Origin: Ginglymostoma cirratum
Lineage: Eukaryota
Direction: 5' to 3'
Assembly: GCA_024137785.1 (NCBI GenBank)
Contig: JAHRHZ010000002.1
Span: 10,767,263 to 10,831,262, forward strand
Length of the DNA stretch: 64,000 bases
Numbering within the stretch: the stretch's first letter is position 1; each line of letters starts with the position of its first letter. Of the stretch, positions 24,880-37,603 are shown piece by piece. A program made the position numbers and the translations under genes. Below the pieces are notes generated by a model. It was given only the letters and a program-made list of their open reading frames with translations, had not been told where the DNA came from and did not search any database.

Positions 24880-26560
24880 ATCCACAGAGATTCCCAACAG
24901 GATTTAATAAGTAATACCAATACTAGAATAATTGAATTAGGAACTCAAGGCAGAATGATGGGCCGAAGATGTTTAATTGGTAGGCACTTAACTTTGTGTC
25001 ATTGAATATAATATGGTCGAACAAATGGTAGAACCAACCCCAAGTGGAACGGTATCAATACAAGGTGGTCAGAAGGCAATGTTCAACCACTACGCGAGTG
25101 CTGTTTGACAACACTTGGTTTGAACAACAATTGGTTAGGTTAGATTTGTCCTTTTTTTCCTAAATACAGAGCATGCAACAGCAACTGTTGGAGACATGTC
25201 AATATTCTTGTTGTGCTGGAACAGCTCAGCTCGGAGTGTGGCTGATCCCACATCATAAATCTTCAGTTCTATTGCCGAAATGTTGTCAAAGCCCATATCC
25301 TTTGAAGTATCCATTGCTTTCATCTGTTTCTTGATGTCACATTGAGTGGATCAAAAATCTGAAGACAGTGATTTGTGATGTTCCTAACTTCTGAAGGAAG
25401 CTACGAGAATCATCCCCTTTGCATTTCTGTTTGAAGATGGTAACAAATACTTCAGGCTTTTTTTCTATCCATTTTGCGAGAAGTGGGCATCGCTGGCTGG
25501 CCAGCATTTCTCACCTAACCCAGTTACCCTTGAGAAGGTGGTGGTGAGCTGCCTTCTTGAACCGCTGCAGTCCACCTGCTTTTGGTTGACCCACAATGCC
25601 ATTGGGTAGGGAATTCCAGGCTTTTGACCCAGTCACAGTGGAGACAAAGCAATATATTTCCAAGTCGTTACCTTTTACATTGATGAGTTGGGCTTGCCCA
25701 TCATTGAGGATGGAAATATCCTTCCCTTGTGAGTTATTTGTGTTCCAACGTTCGCGATTGGATGTAGCAGAACTGCATATCTTAGGTCTGATCCTTTTGT
25801 TGTTCAGTCACTCAGCTCTGTCTATCATCTCTTTCTTGTGCTGTCTGCCATAGAAATAATCATGTTTTGTTGCTTCAAGGGATTGATATCTCATTTTAGC
25901 TATACCTGCTTCTATACAGACATCTACTCCTGAACTCTTCATTTGAATCAGGACTGATCCCTGATGTTTTGCTAATGATAGAGAAGTTGATATTCCAGGC
26001 CGTGAGGGGCACATTGTGTTCGATTACACTTTTGCTGAGAGTGATGGTCTGTAACGTCTCAGAGAAACTGAGTCCTGAGTTGTTTGATATGATTGATGTC
26101 TATTACATTCAGCATGACAACAGGACCAAACAAAATGATATGGGCGCTCAGTGTGAAGTTGAGACTTTGGTTCGGATAAGAACCATGAGGTCATCACTTT
26201 TACTTCTACAGTCATGGACAGATGCACCTGCAACAGGCAGGTTGGTGAAGATGAGGTCAAGAATGTCTTCACTCCCTTTCCTTTGTTCCCTCACCACCTC
26301 CTGCAGACCCATTTAGCAAACATGCCCTTTCAGACTCGATCAGCTTGGTCAGCAGTGTTGCTGTCGAACCAATCCTGGTGATTCACTTCGAAGGCCGTTA
26401 CCACGGAGTACATTCTGTGCGCCTGACATCTTTAGAACTTCCTACAAGCGGTATTCAACATTTATGAGTATTGATTCGTCAGCAAAAGGAATGAACAACG
26501 AAGTTGTCAGCAGATTTCATTCTCCATGTTTCCAATTACAGCCACCATTTTACTCGATGG
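24880..26560 (-). mobile_element. Degenerate non-LTR LINE (endonuclease/RT fragments)
   Basis: Minus-strand KxMGxDNIxAIxLK-like peptide (25135..25323) and endonuclease-like LDLIFTNL..SVHD..SDH. Confidence 0.6.
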
Positions 26561-26779
26561 TTTGCGAATTAATGGGCGAGTCAATAATAAGAACTCCGAT
26601 AGAAACTTCATCCCGGCTTTATGCCTCCGAACAACCATCTCTGCTGGGTCTGTCTGCCGTTAGAGCAGAGCCGCATTAAAAGAGGAAATGCGAGAAGCAC
26701 ACAAACGTGTCGGATGATTTATTTTGCAGCATCAGTTACTCCTGCTTCAGGGCGTCTATCTGAACTGTTAAACAAACTG

Positions 26780-27140
26780 CTTCTCCCTCCCAGCTGTCAA
26801 AGCCATTTGGCCTCGGAACTTCGATTAAATGTCCTCCAGGGTGGACTTCGGGACACACCACTACGCATGCCCCAGCCCCTCCGAACCATATTCCCAGCAC
26901 CTTCAGGTAGTCTATCCTGTCGTTGAAGGGGATAAAGGATCAGTTGGCCCAATTCCCAAAGAACATGGCCTCGCTCTTGCCTTGATTTACCTGGGCTCCT
27001 GAGGCCAGTTCGAAGGGGTCACAGATGGTCATGAATCTGTGCACTGGCAGCAGATCAGAGCACAAAATGGCAACACCATCCATGGACACGGAGACTTTGA
27101 ACTGCAGCCCCTCGCTGCCTGGAATTGTCACTCTCTCAGG
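26780..27140 (-). mobile_element. Tx1/L1-clade LINE reverse transcriptase fragment
   Basis: VTIPGS.GLQ.KVS..MD.V....SD.....FELASGA.VN..KSEAMFFGNW, a degenerate YMDD region. Confidence 0.8.
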
Positions 27141-27619
27141 CTCACATTCTTCCTTGTTTGTGGCTAAGATTTCCATTGAAACTGGCAACTTTTGAAAAGG
27201 AAATGCAATTTCCAGTTAATGGCTGACAGGGTAACAGGATTTAACTTTTTTTTAAAGGTACTAACTGTAACAAAGGACCTAAAACACGTTTAAGTAAACA
27301 TTAATTTTGTGGGCAAATTATACTGCAAACCACTGAATGAAATGTTACCTTTTCGTGTTTTGGCACAACTGACAAAGCACAATTGTGGATATTTTCCTGA
27401 TCAATATACTCACCCTAGTCGTCTGAAATAGGTGGGATTTGAACCGAAGCCTTTAGGGGGTTTAATGAGGCAACAACACCATCACTGTGCCATGAGAAAC
27501 CTTATGACATGACGCAGTCCTTCAAGTAGACATTCACTTCTCCCAGAATCAGTCAAAATGATTCTTAATTCCAAAAGTTTGCATCTTTTCTTGATTCCCT
27601 GAATGGGATGAGGCAAGTT

Positions 27620-28240
27620 GAAATAGACGTTAAGAAGGCATACAAGATCTTTGGGTTTATAAATACAGGGACAGAGTATAAAACCACTTCTACAAATCAT
27701 TGGTCAGACCATATTTGGAGTATTGTGTTCAGTTCTGGGCAGATTACATAAGGGAGGATGTTAAAGCCCTGGAGAGAGTTCAAAGGCTATTTACTAGAAT
27801 GATACCAGGAATAAAGAATTTTAGATACCAGGAAAGATTAGAGAGATTGGGCCTACAATCTTTGGAGCAGAGAAGATTAAGCAGTGACCTTATTGAGGCG
27901 ATCAAGATTAAGATTAAGATTAAGTTTTGACAGTGTCAAGAAAAATATTCTGCTTCTACGAGTTGGCTATGTCAGTCAGTAGGGGTTGCAATTTTAAGAC
28001 TGTCAGCGGGACAGTTAGGAGTGGGTTGAAGAGAAACTTCTTCACTCAGAGTTGTTCGGGTTTGGAATGCACTACCTGGGAGAGTGGTGGAGACAGATTC
28101 TATGGGAGGTTTCAAAAGAGAGCTGGATATTTATTGAAATTGATGACTTTAGACGGTCATGTGGATAATGCTGCAGAATGGGGATAGCTGGGTAGCTCTT
28201 TTGGGAGCTGGCAAAGACAGGATGGGTTGAATATCCTCCT
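27620..28240 (+). mobile_element. CR1 LINE 3' fragment
   Basis: VRPYLEYCVQFW...LERVQR.FTRMIPG...RLERLGL.SLEQRRL. Confidence 0.9.
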
Positions 28241-28242
28241 CT

Positions 28243-29500
28243 AGAACATAAGATATAGGATCAGAATTAGGCCATTTGATCCACTGAGTCCACTCCACCG
28301 TATAATCATAGCTGCTTTGTTTCTCAATCCTATTCTCCTGTCTTCTCCCTGCAACCCTTAATCCCCTTAATAATCAAGAATCTATCTGTCACTGTCTTAA
28401 ATAAACTCAATGACTTGGCCTCTACCACCTTCTGGGGCAATGCGATCTGCAGATTCTTCACCTTCTGGCTGAAGAAATTCCTCCTTATCTCCGATTGAAA
28501 AGGTTGTCCCTTCAGTCTGAGTCTATGCCCTCAGCTCCTAGTCTTTCTTGGGAGTGGAAGCAACTTCTCCATATCCACTGCATTCAGACCTCTCAGTATT
28601 CTTTAAGTTTCAATCAGATCCTACCCCTCATCCTTCTAAGCACGATCAAGTACAGAACCAGAGTCCTCAACTTCTTATCATATGATGGGCCTGTCGTCCC
28701 AAGGATCATTCTTGTAAACCTCCTTTGGATCCTGTCCAAAACCAACACATCCATCCTTAGATATTGGGACTAAGACTGCTCACAATATTCCAAGTGCAGT
28801 CTGACCAGAGCCTTATACAGCTTCAGCAGCACATCCTTACTCTTGTATTCTAGTCCTCTAGAAATGAATGCTAACACAGCATTTGCCTTCCCAACTGCCA
28901 ACTGAACCTGCGTGTTATCCTTAAGAGAATCCTGAACTAGTACTCCCAAGTCTTTTTGTGCCTTAATTTGCCTGGAAAATAGTCTACACTTCTATTCTTC
29001 CTACCAAAGTGCATAACCTCACACCATCACGCTGTATTACATCTGTCTGCCACTTCTTTGTTCACTCTCCTAACCTGGCCAAGTCCTTTTGCAGCTTTTC
29101 CACTTCCTCAATATTGCCTGTCCCTTCCACTTATCTTTATGTCACCTGCGACTTTGGCAACAATGCCCTCAGTTCCTTCATTCAGATTGTTAATGTACAA
29201 CGTCAACAGCTGTGGTTTCAATATTGACCCCTGTCGAACTCCACGAGTCACCAGCTGCCATCCTGAAAAAGACCCCTTTATCCCCACTCTCTACCTTCTG
29301 CCAGTTGGCCAATCTTCCATCCATGTCACTACCTTATACCTAACATCGCGGGCTCTTATCTTGTGTCGCAGCTTCCTGTGTGGAACCTTGTCAAAGGCCT
29401 CCTGGAAATTCAAATGGATCACATCTCCTTGGCTCTCCTTTGCATGATCTGCTCGCAACTTCCTCAAAGAATTCTATCAAATTTGTTAGGTATGACAACC
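28243..29500 (-). mobile_element. CR1 LINE fragment, tail-to-tail with the preceding copy
   Basis: Reverse LTNLIEFFEEV and FQEAFDKVPH motifs plus a 3' tail. Confidence 0.85.
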
Positions 29501-30109
29501 CCTTATTGAACCGCCCATCATCTAAGTCCTCTAGCCCTCCTGGAGAGAAACAGGGCATTAGCAACCCTCTGCCCAGAGTAAGAGGGGGAGAAGAGAAGAG
29601 AAGAGAAGAGAAGAGGTGTAAAGTGAAAAGAAGGGAATCAGAACAAAGGAATTGTGCAGCCTGAGCAGTCGAACATTCCAAGTAGTGTGTTTTGATGTAA
29701 GTGCACCGTTGAGTTAATAAAAGGGTGACTGGTGTGGTTTCTTTAACTGTTTACAGTTGTATTTGGGAATATTTTGATATATGGATATTTTTGATAATTG
29801 TGATATTTGGTATTTTTGGATACTTTGTATTTGAGGCTTTAGAGAATAAAGGAGTGAATTGATTAAGTTAGTACTGTGTGCCTTCTTGATTGATTGGATC
29901 ATTTATTATCGCGTGTATTCAATGTAAAAATACAGTGAAAAGTGTGTACCTTCACCATTCATACATGGTGCCATTCACATTAACTTACAAAAAGATAAGG
30001 GAAAAAGATAACTTAACAGGATCCAACTTTCCTTTCCACTGCTGCAGTCTCACTCTGGGATTTTCAGCCCTTGCCATGCCTGCTGCAGGGGCACACTCAT
30101 ATAATTACT

Positions 30110-30495
30110 GTCTCAACGTCCCCGCTCTCGCCGTCACTGCCTCACCGGCCCCGCTCTCACCGTCACTGCCTCACTGGCCCCGTCACTGCCTCAACATCCC
30201 CACTCTCAACATCACCGCCTCACTGGCCCCGTCACTGTCTCACCGGCCCCACTCTCACCGTCACTGCCTCACCATCCCCACTCTCACTGTCACTACATCA
30301 CCGTCCCTACCCTCAACATCACTGCCTCACGGTCCCCACTCTCACCGTCACTTCCGCAGCGTCCCCGCACTCACTGTCACTGCCTCACCGGTCCCACTCT
30401 CACCGTCACTGCCTCACTGGCCCACTCTCACTATCACTGTCTCAGCAGCCCCACTCTCACCGTCACTGTCTCACCGTCCTGCTCTCGCCGGCCCA
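30110..30495. repeat. Imperfect ~30-bp minisatellite (CCCACTCTCACCGTCACTGCCTCACCGGC-like)
   Basis: About a dozen degenerate copies. It accounts for the low-complexity ORFs at 29890 and 30071. Confidence 0.9.
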
Positions 30496-31289
30496 CCCTT
30501 GACCCGACACCTTCTGTCTGACACACGATTAATCTGCCACCGCTGCAGGACTCAAAACATATGTGTTCAGCTCCCACCATCTGGCTCCCAGTCATGGCCT
30601 GGCTCCTCCCTGACTCCTGGCTAGGTCGTGAAAAGGGATGGGTGGCATTGAATTACAATAGAGGTAGAGAGAAGAAGTGAGGAACAAAAAGGAAGAACAA
30701 AGAAAAAAAGAGAAAGAGAACTGGCAAGCAGAGTGGCTCTCCAATTGAAGCGAATTACCATGCTGCCATCGTGGCATCATCTAGAATCACTTTCACTGAT
30801 GTTAACTGTTGTTTCAGAGGTAGTCAACATTTAACATGTAATTAACACTTTGGAAGGATCTTTTGTGCTGCAAAAGTGAGCTTTCCATGGACATGTTACA
30901 TTTAGGGCATTCTCATGTCAAAGGGGTGTTACGTTTGGCCAAAATAATCGTCACATGCAGACATGTTACTGACAAGAGTGGGAGGAATGTGCAGCAAGTC
31001 AGCATCGCAGTGAAGCAGGCTGGGGAAAACAGAACTGTGTGAGAATAGTATCAGCGATAGCAGATAAAAACAAATGACAATGAGCACCTTTCTCCCTGCC
31101 TGAGGCAAAAAATGACTTCACAGGATATGGTTTGTGACAGTGTTCCCTCTGAACTGCAGTCACTCTGAGATTCCCTCTGAGTGAGGAGGTGAACAAAAAT
31201 CAAAGTGTGACAAGAAGGAGCAGATAATATGATCAGAAGAGTGCAACAGAAATGAGAACCAGAATAAGTAGTAAACATAAACTATCAAA

Positions 31290-31830
31290 GCTTATAAAGA
31301 GATGTACAGCACAGAAACAGACCCTTCAGTCCAACTCGTCCATGCTGACCAGATATCTTAAATTAATCGAGTCCCATTTGCCGGCATTTGGCCCATTTCC
31401 CTCTAAGCCCTTCCTATTCCAGGTGTCTTTTAAATGTTGTAATTGTACCAGCCTCCACCACTTCCTCTGTCAGCTCATTCCATACACGCACCACCTTCTG
31501 CACGAAAAAGTTGTCCCTCAGGTCCCTTCTTTATTTTTCCCCTCTCATCTTAAACCTATGCCCTAAAGTTTTGGACTGCCCTATCCTGGAAAGAAGACCT
31601 CGGCTATTCAAACAGATCTATCTTGTAACTCTGCACTTCCCATGGCTAAACCACTTAGCCTACACATCCCTGGACACTATGGACAATTTAATATGGGCCA
31701 ATCCATTTGGCCTGCACAACTTTGAACTATGGGAGGAAACCCACGCAGACACAGCGAGAATGTGCAAACTCCACACAGACAGTCAGCCAATGGTGGGATT
31801 GAACCCCAGGCACCTAGTGCTGTGAGGCAA
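31290..31830 (-). mobile_element. CR1 3' fragment fused to an HE1-type SINE, both reverse
   Basis: Reverse CTGTGTGGAGTTTGCACATTCTC core at about 31740-31790. Confidence 0.75.
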
Positions 31831-32289
31831 CAGTATTGTGAGGCCTCCAGTATTGACAACATCATTGTAAATCTTTTCTTCACCCTCTCCAACTTATTAG
31901 ATGTGGGCATCATTAGATAAGCTAGCATTTATTGCCTATCCTGTGCACTGCTTAAAATACATTTGTTATATGTATACACACAACACCATTAAGGAGGGAG
32001 TTCCAGTAACACTGAAGGTAAGGTGGCATGACTCCAAGTCTGAGTGATAAGTGGCTTGAAGGGGAACTTCCAGGTTGTGATGGTTCCACGTATCATAGAG
32101 TGGGTGAATATTTGTGGATGTGGTGCCATTCAAACTTCTTTCGTGTTGTTGAAGCTGCACTCATCCAGTGGGGAACGTTCCATCACACTGCTGACTTGTG
32201 CCTAGTAGATGGTGGACAGGATTGGAAGTTTCAAGAGGTGGGTTGCTGCAGGATACCTCGCTTCTGACCCGTTGGTGTCTTCACAGTAT

Positions 32290-33452
32290 TTGTGAGCTTG
32301 AGTCTGTGAAAATGCACTTTTGAGTGTATATCTTGCCATGTATTGGTGAGAGTGAGTCTATGAGAGTGCGTTGGAAAGTGAGTAAGTTGTGCATTTGTTG
32401 GCATGTGTCCATGAGACTGTGTGCTTGAGAGCCTGAATCTTGTTCCATATCTTTGAGAGTGTGTTTTTGAGAGTGTGGATCTGTTTTGAGTGTCCGTGGG
32501 AGTGCATACGGGCGCATGTGTCTATGTATGTGTGTGTGCATGTGTGTCTGTGACAATGTATATCTTGTATTTCTATGCGACAGTGTGTATATCTGTGCTG
32601 TGTGTCTGTGAATGTATCTATCTGCATGTTTATGTGTTAGGTGTCTGTATGTGACGGTGGTGTGTGTTTCTGAATGTCTGTATCTGTCATGAGTATCTGT
32701 GACAGTCTGTATCTGTGTTGTATGTCTGTGACAGTCTGTATCTGTATTCTCTGTGGTGTGTCTGCGACAGTGTCTACCAATGGTGTGTGTATGTATCTGT
32801 GTTGTGCCTTTGATAGTGTGGATCTGCGGTGTGTATGTATCTGTGTTGTGTGTCTGTAACAGTGAGTATCTATGGTGTATATATGTATGTGTTGTCTGTA
32901 TGTCTGTACGTGTGTTTCCCTGTGCACTCTCTCTGTGATTTGGCTGCATCTGACAGTGCATACCTGTGTTATGTATGTGTGAGCACGTTTTGTGAGCCGA
33001 TGTCTGTGAGAATGTGCATATGTGCCTTTGAGAGTGCATCTTGTGTTACGTATGTGTGTATCTTTTACAGAAGTTTGTGAGACTGTCCATGAGACTGTCC
33101 CTGTAAGTGCATGCACTATATTTGTGTGTCTGTGATGTTATGTATGTGTTGTGCATCTGTAAGTGTTTCTGAGTATATCTGCTATATCTGCTGTGTTTGC
33201 GAGGGCATTTCTGTGAGTGTATTTGTTGCACGCCTGTTCGCGAGTGCGTGTGTGCGTGTGTTTGGTTACGTGTCTTGGACAAGTGTGCCAGTGGGTGTGC
33301 GAATATTGATTACCTCAGTATGAGGGTGTCTCTGTCATGACGCCCCAGTTACTGACTGTGCTGTTTTTTGTCGACAGATTGTACAGATTTCTGTAACCTT
33401 TTTGCCAGTGTGTATGTGTGTGTGTGTATGTGTGTGTATGTGTATGTGAGAC
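32290..33452. repeat. Degenerate (TG)-rich low-complexity tract
   Basis: TGTGTC/TGTATC-rich sequence producing His/Thr and Cys/Val ORFs. Confidence 0.9.
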
Positions 33453-33860
33453 AGAACAAAGAACAAAGAACAAAGAAAACTTACAGCCCAGGGACAGGCC
33501 CTTCGGCCCTCCAAGCCTGTGCCGATCCAAATCCACTGTCTCAACCTATCGCCCAATTCCTAAGGATCTGTATCCCTCTGCTCCCCACCTACTCATGCAT
33601 CTGTCCAGACGCACCTTAACTGAATCTACCGTGCCTGCCTCTGCTACCTCTGCTGGCAACGCGTTCCAGGCACCTACCACCCTCTGTGTAAAGTACTTTC
33701 TGCGTGTATCCCCCTTAAACTTTTCTCCTCTCACCTTGAACGCGTGACCCATCGTTATTGAATCCCTCACCCTGGGAAAAAGCTTATCTCTATCAACCCT
33801 GTCTATACCCTTCATGATTTTGAAGACCTCAATCAGGTCCCCCCTCAATCTCCTTTTTTC
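33453..33860 (-). mobile_element. Young CR1 LINE 3' end with (TTGTTCT)n tail
   Basis: Uninterrupted RGDLIEVFKIMKG.DRVD...RGEKFKGD.R..YFTQRVVGAWNALP peptide and tandem AGAACAA tail. Confidence 0.92.
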
Positions 33861-33989
33861 AGAGTTTCGGTGTCACATCTTTCTCTATATGTGACAGTCT
33901 GCCGCAACTTCTCTGCACTCTTGATAACATCTCCCAGCCCCTGATTGTTCAGATACAGAACCGGTGGAGTTTATCTTTTACTTTCTGCT

Positions 33990-34440
33990 AAAGGAAGAAA
34001 CAGCGGGGGTTGTTGTTGAGAAATGTTTCTGTGCTCGTGACCAGCCGTATTAAAATAGAGACGGGGTCCCGCTTGCAGTCTACCTCTCAAACCGCCCTCG
34101 AAACGAAAAAATATCGGCGGGTTTATTTGGGGACAGGCGGAGAATGAATGTTAATGCGAACGTGAGGAATTTCACACAAGCAGAGCGGCGCTGCGGAAAC
34201 TGAGGCGAGTGGAGGATTTGTTTTTATCTCTTCTGTTTTTAAATTGACTCGTCTGCAAACGACCTGGGGTTTACAGTCACAGGCTCTGCTGTGAACCAGC
34301 CCTTTTAGAGGAGGCTGCAATTTTCAAATTATTGTGTGATGCATGCACCGAAAGTCACAACGAAAGTCACGAGCCCCTGACATTTCGGGACAGAATGAGA
34401 ATGTGGACGAATTTGGAAGCGGATTTTGGAATAAGGTGAG
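33990..34440 (+). promoter_or_regulatory. CpG-enriched non-repeat segment, candidate promoter and non-coding first exon of gene 2
   Basis: Local CpG enrichment and donor AAG|GTGAGC at 34436. The gene 2 leader exon begins with an acceptor, so it needs an upstream exon. Confidence 0.35.
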
Positions 34441-37400
34441 CTGCATTGGAAATGGGACTTGACATAAAGAGATTTTAAAAAAAAAACTCTGGAGGCTTTT
34501 CTGTTTCTAAATAAAAGCAAGATACCGTGGATGATGTGAGTCTGTGACACAGTCTGCTGGAGAGACTCAGCAGATATCTGTGGACCCTGAGAAAGGAACT
34601 GAATTCGAGTCTGGAATGTTCCTCGTGTGCAATTTCCACTTTAAATTCATCATGTGGAGGTGTCGGTACCGGACTGCGGTGGACAAAGTCAGAAGTCACA
34701 CGACACCAGATTATAGTCTAATGGTTTTAATTTGAAATCACAAGCTTTCATAGCGCTGCTCCTTCAGATTTCCCGGTCCGGCGTTCAGTTTCATGAGGTA
34801 GACTCAACCGCTTGCTGCCTGTGCAGAAGTTATTACACACTAACGGTAGTGGGCTGAAATTTCATTCATTAAGTGGGTGAGAAATGTGAATGTATGTAGT
34901 GCCAAGTTTTCGGACCCAGAGTGAAGATTCAGCATTTTGTTTGAAAATCCAGAGAAAATAGCGGACGGATGTAAGTTTCACGTTGCAATATCACCGACGA
35001 TAATTGTTATTTTGCTTTAAGGAAAAAAATATTGCAGGTTTTTTTTACTTCCTTCGTATCCATACGTTTTATTTCAAGTCAGGTTTTGATTTCTTGACAA
35101 AATGAACTTCTTTGTTGACCTTTACCGCTCGTTCCCAAGTGTGATTGACTGTTGGTGGGTTAGAGATGGATTTTGCCTTGTTAATTCCTCAGAATGTTAC
35201 GCTGGACTCGAAAATTTAATTCCCCTCTCCTCTCCGCAGATGCTGCCAGAACTAGTGAGTTTCTCCAGTGCTTTCCGATTTTGTTTTTGTTCTTGTTTCA
35301 ATTACAGCTTTCCAACATCCACAGCATTTTGCTTTCATCTCCAAATTTGGAGATTTTGCCGAGCGAGGGGAGAATTTAGCATCCGGAGACCATTGTCAGG
35401 CGAGCAGCCGTTTATATTTGGCAGTGTTACGGTGGAGTTGTGTCCCTGTCATTCCCAATCTCAACCAACCACATTCAGCACTGCGACCCAGACTACCCAG
35501 CCGAAAGGAACAGCACCAGATGTGCAGGAATATAGGAGCAGACCATTCTGCCCCGACAGCATATTCCGCCATTCAATGAGATCTAACTGCATTTGACCCA
35601 TATCCCTCAGCTCATTATGTTTTAATCGTTCATGTCTTGGCCAGCCTCAACCACGCTGCTGTGGGCCTGAAGTCAGGATAGGCCTAAGGGACATGAGTGA
35701 ACAGATGGATTATCCCGACAATCGGCAATGAATTCGCGGTCATCATTAGACTCTTGATTCCAGATTTTTATTGAATTCAAATTCCACCATCTGCAGTGGT
35801 GGGATTCGAAACCCAGTTCCCAGAGCTTTATTTGGGTTAGCAGTCCAGTGATAATACCACGAGGTAATCACGTCCCCAAAACCTACCTCATATCTAAAAT
35901 TAGCAACTGATCAACATCCAGTTTGTTGAAGGCAGTTCCAAACATCTATCACCCTTTGTGTGTCGGAATGCTTCCTAACATCTCTACTGAAGTCTGACCT
36001 TAATTCATAGACACATAGAAGAACCCTCTCCCAACTGATGCTCATGTGCTCTGTAGTTACATTATTCCACACTATCATTTACATTCCAGTGCATTTTGTC
36101 TCTCAATGTGCATCCATAATGTCTAGATCCTGCCTGAATATTTTCAATCTGAACCAACTTGCATGCACATCTGGAGCAGCTGACATTTGAACCAAGTCTT
36201 CCCGCTCCAAAATAAGGATGGTACCATTGTGCCACAAGAGCACCATGACTGTGCCACCTATCAAACCTGAGTGAGGAGCCTCCAATTAACCTGGTAACTC
36301 GGTCCAACTGTTATAAAGTCATAGAGTTATGCAACACTAAACAGACCCTTCGGTCCAACCAGTCTACGCCAGCCATAATCCCAAACTAATCTCGTCCCAC
36401 CTGCCTGTGTTTGGCCCATGCCCCTTCAATTTCGAATTCACGTACCTGTCTAAATGCATTTTAAATATTGTAACTGTCGCCGCACCCACCACCTCCTCTG
36501 GATGTTCTTTCCACACACAAACCACTCTCTGTGTAAAAATAAATTTGCCCCTCATATCTTTTTTTAAATCTTTCTCCTCTCTCTTTGGACTCAGTCATTT
36601 GCTCCTTGCCCCATCCCCAAACCCTATCTTCTGCATAAAAGCTACCAGTTAGCATCAGTTCTGAAGGGGATTACACCTGATTTCTCTCCACAGATGCTTC
36701 CAGACCTGCTGAGTTTTTCCAGCAATTTCTGTTTGCGTTAGAAAACAATAAACTGGCTTTAACCTTTTTCTTATTGCATTTCAGGCTTGTTTCAATCGGA
36801 AGGACTAAAGTTCACTGAGAGATTTTGCTGTTTGCATTTGTTCCATTGCATTGATTTGTGGTCAAATATCTTCCACATTGGGAATGGGAAAGCTCCTGGA
36901 TTGATGCTTCAAGAAAATAATTCTTAAAAATTAAAAGTCATGGATTGGTGACTTCATGAGTGTTCAGATACAAAGTTGAGTTTATTTGCTTTCGACTCAG
37001 GATGTCCCAGGCCCCAAAGGCTTTTGTTGATCTTAAGTTTGAATGCATTCTCACGGGACTGTGTGTACACCTGGGGACAATTTAACAATGGCAGAATGGA
37101 TGCAGTGAAATGCAGTGGGTAGCTGCCGTGTAGCACTCATAGAGGGAGCTCAGGACCCCGATCAACATCCATAATGACCTTAACCATCTAAAGTGGGATG
37201 GTCATGGCTGAGTGGTGTTGTCACCAGACTGTTAATCCAGAGATCCCAGCTAATTGCTGGGGATTTGGGTTCGAATCTTGCCTGGGCATATTCAATTCTT
37301 GTCTTGAAAGGAAATCTTCACTTAAAAATCTAATGATGACCAGGGAAAAGCCCACACAATGTACATTAGGGAAAGAAACTGCCATCCTAAAGTAGTCTGG

Positions 37401-37560
37401 GCTACTTGTGACTCACCCTCTGTGCAATAAATGCTGAATTAGGCAGCAATGCCCTCATCTTGTGAATGAATGGAAAACAAATTACAATGTTTTAGTTTCC
37501 TGTGCCAAGAGTGTTAATTTCACATTCTGTGCAATTTGTTTGTTTCCCTATTGCAGGAGG

Positions 37561-37603
37561 ATGAACCCAAGCACCATCCTCTGGATATTGGCTGTCTTCT
37601 CGG
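37561..37603 (+). CDS. Gene 2 signal-peptide exon (MNPSTILWILAVFS, phase 1)
   Basis: Acceptor TTGCAG 4 nt upstream of the ATG (implies an upstream non-coding exon), hydrophobic core, donor G|GTAAGT. Confidence 0.85.

Noticed and set aside
29890-30624. 244-aa and 143-aa Pro/Thr/His-rich ORFs (mucin-like)
   Set aside because: They arise from a ~30-bp minisatellite that is open in several frames, with no supporting splice structure.
32281-33323. Long His/Thr-rich and Cys/Val-rich ORFs
   Set aside because: Translation of a degenerate TG/CA low-complexity tract.
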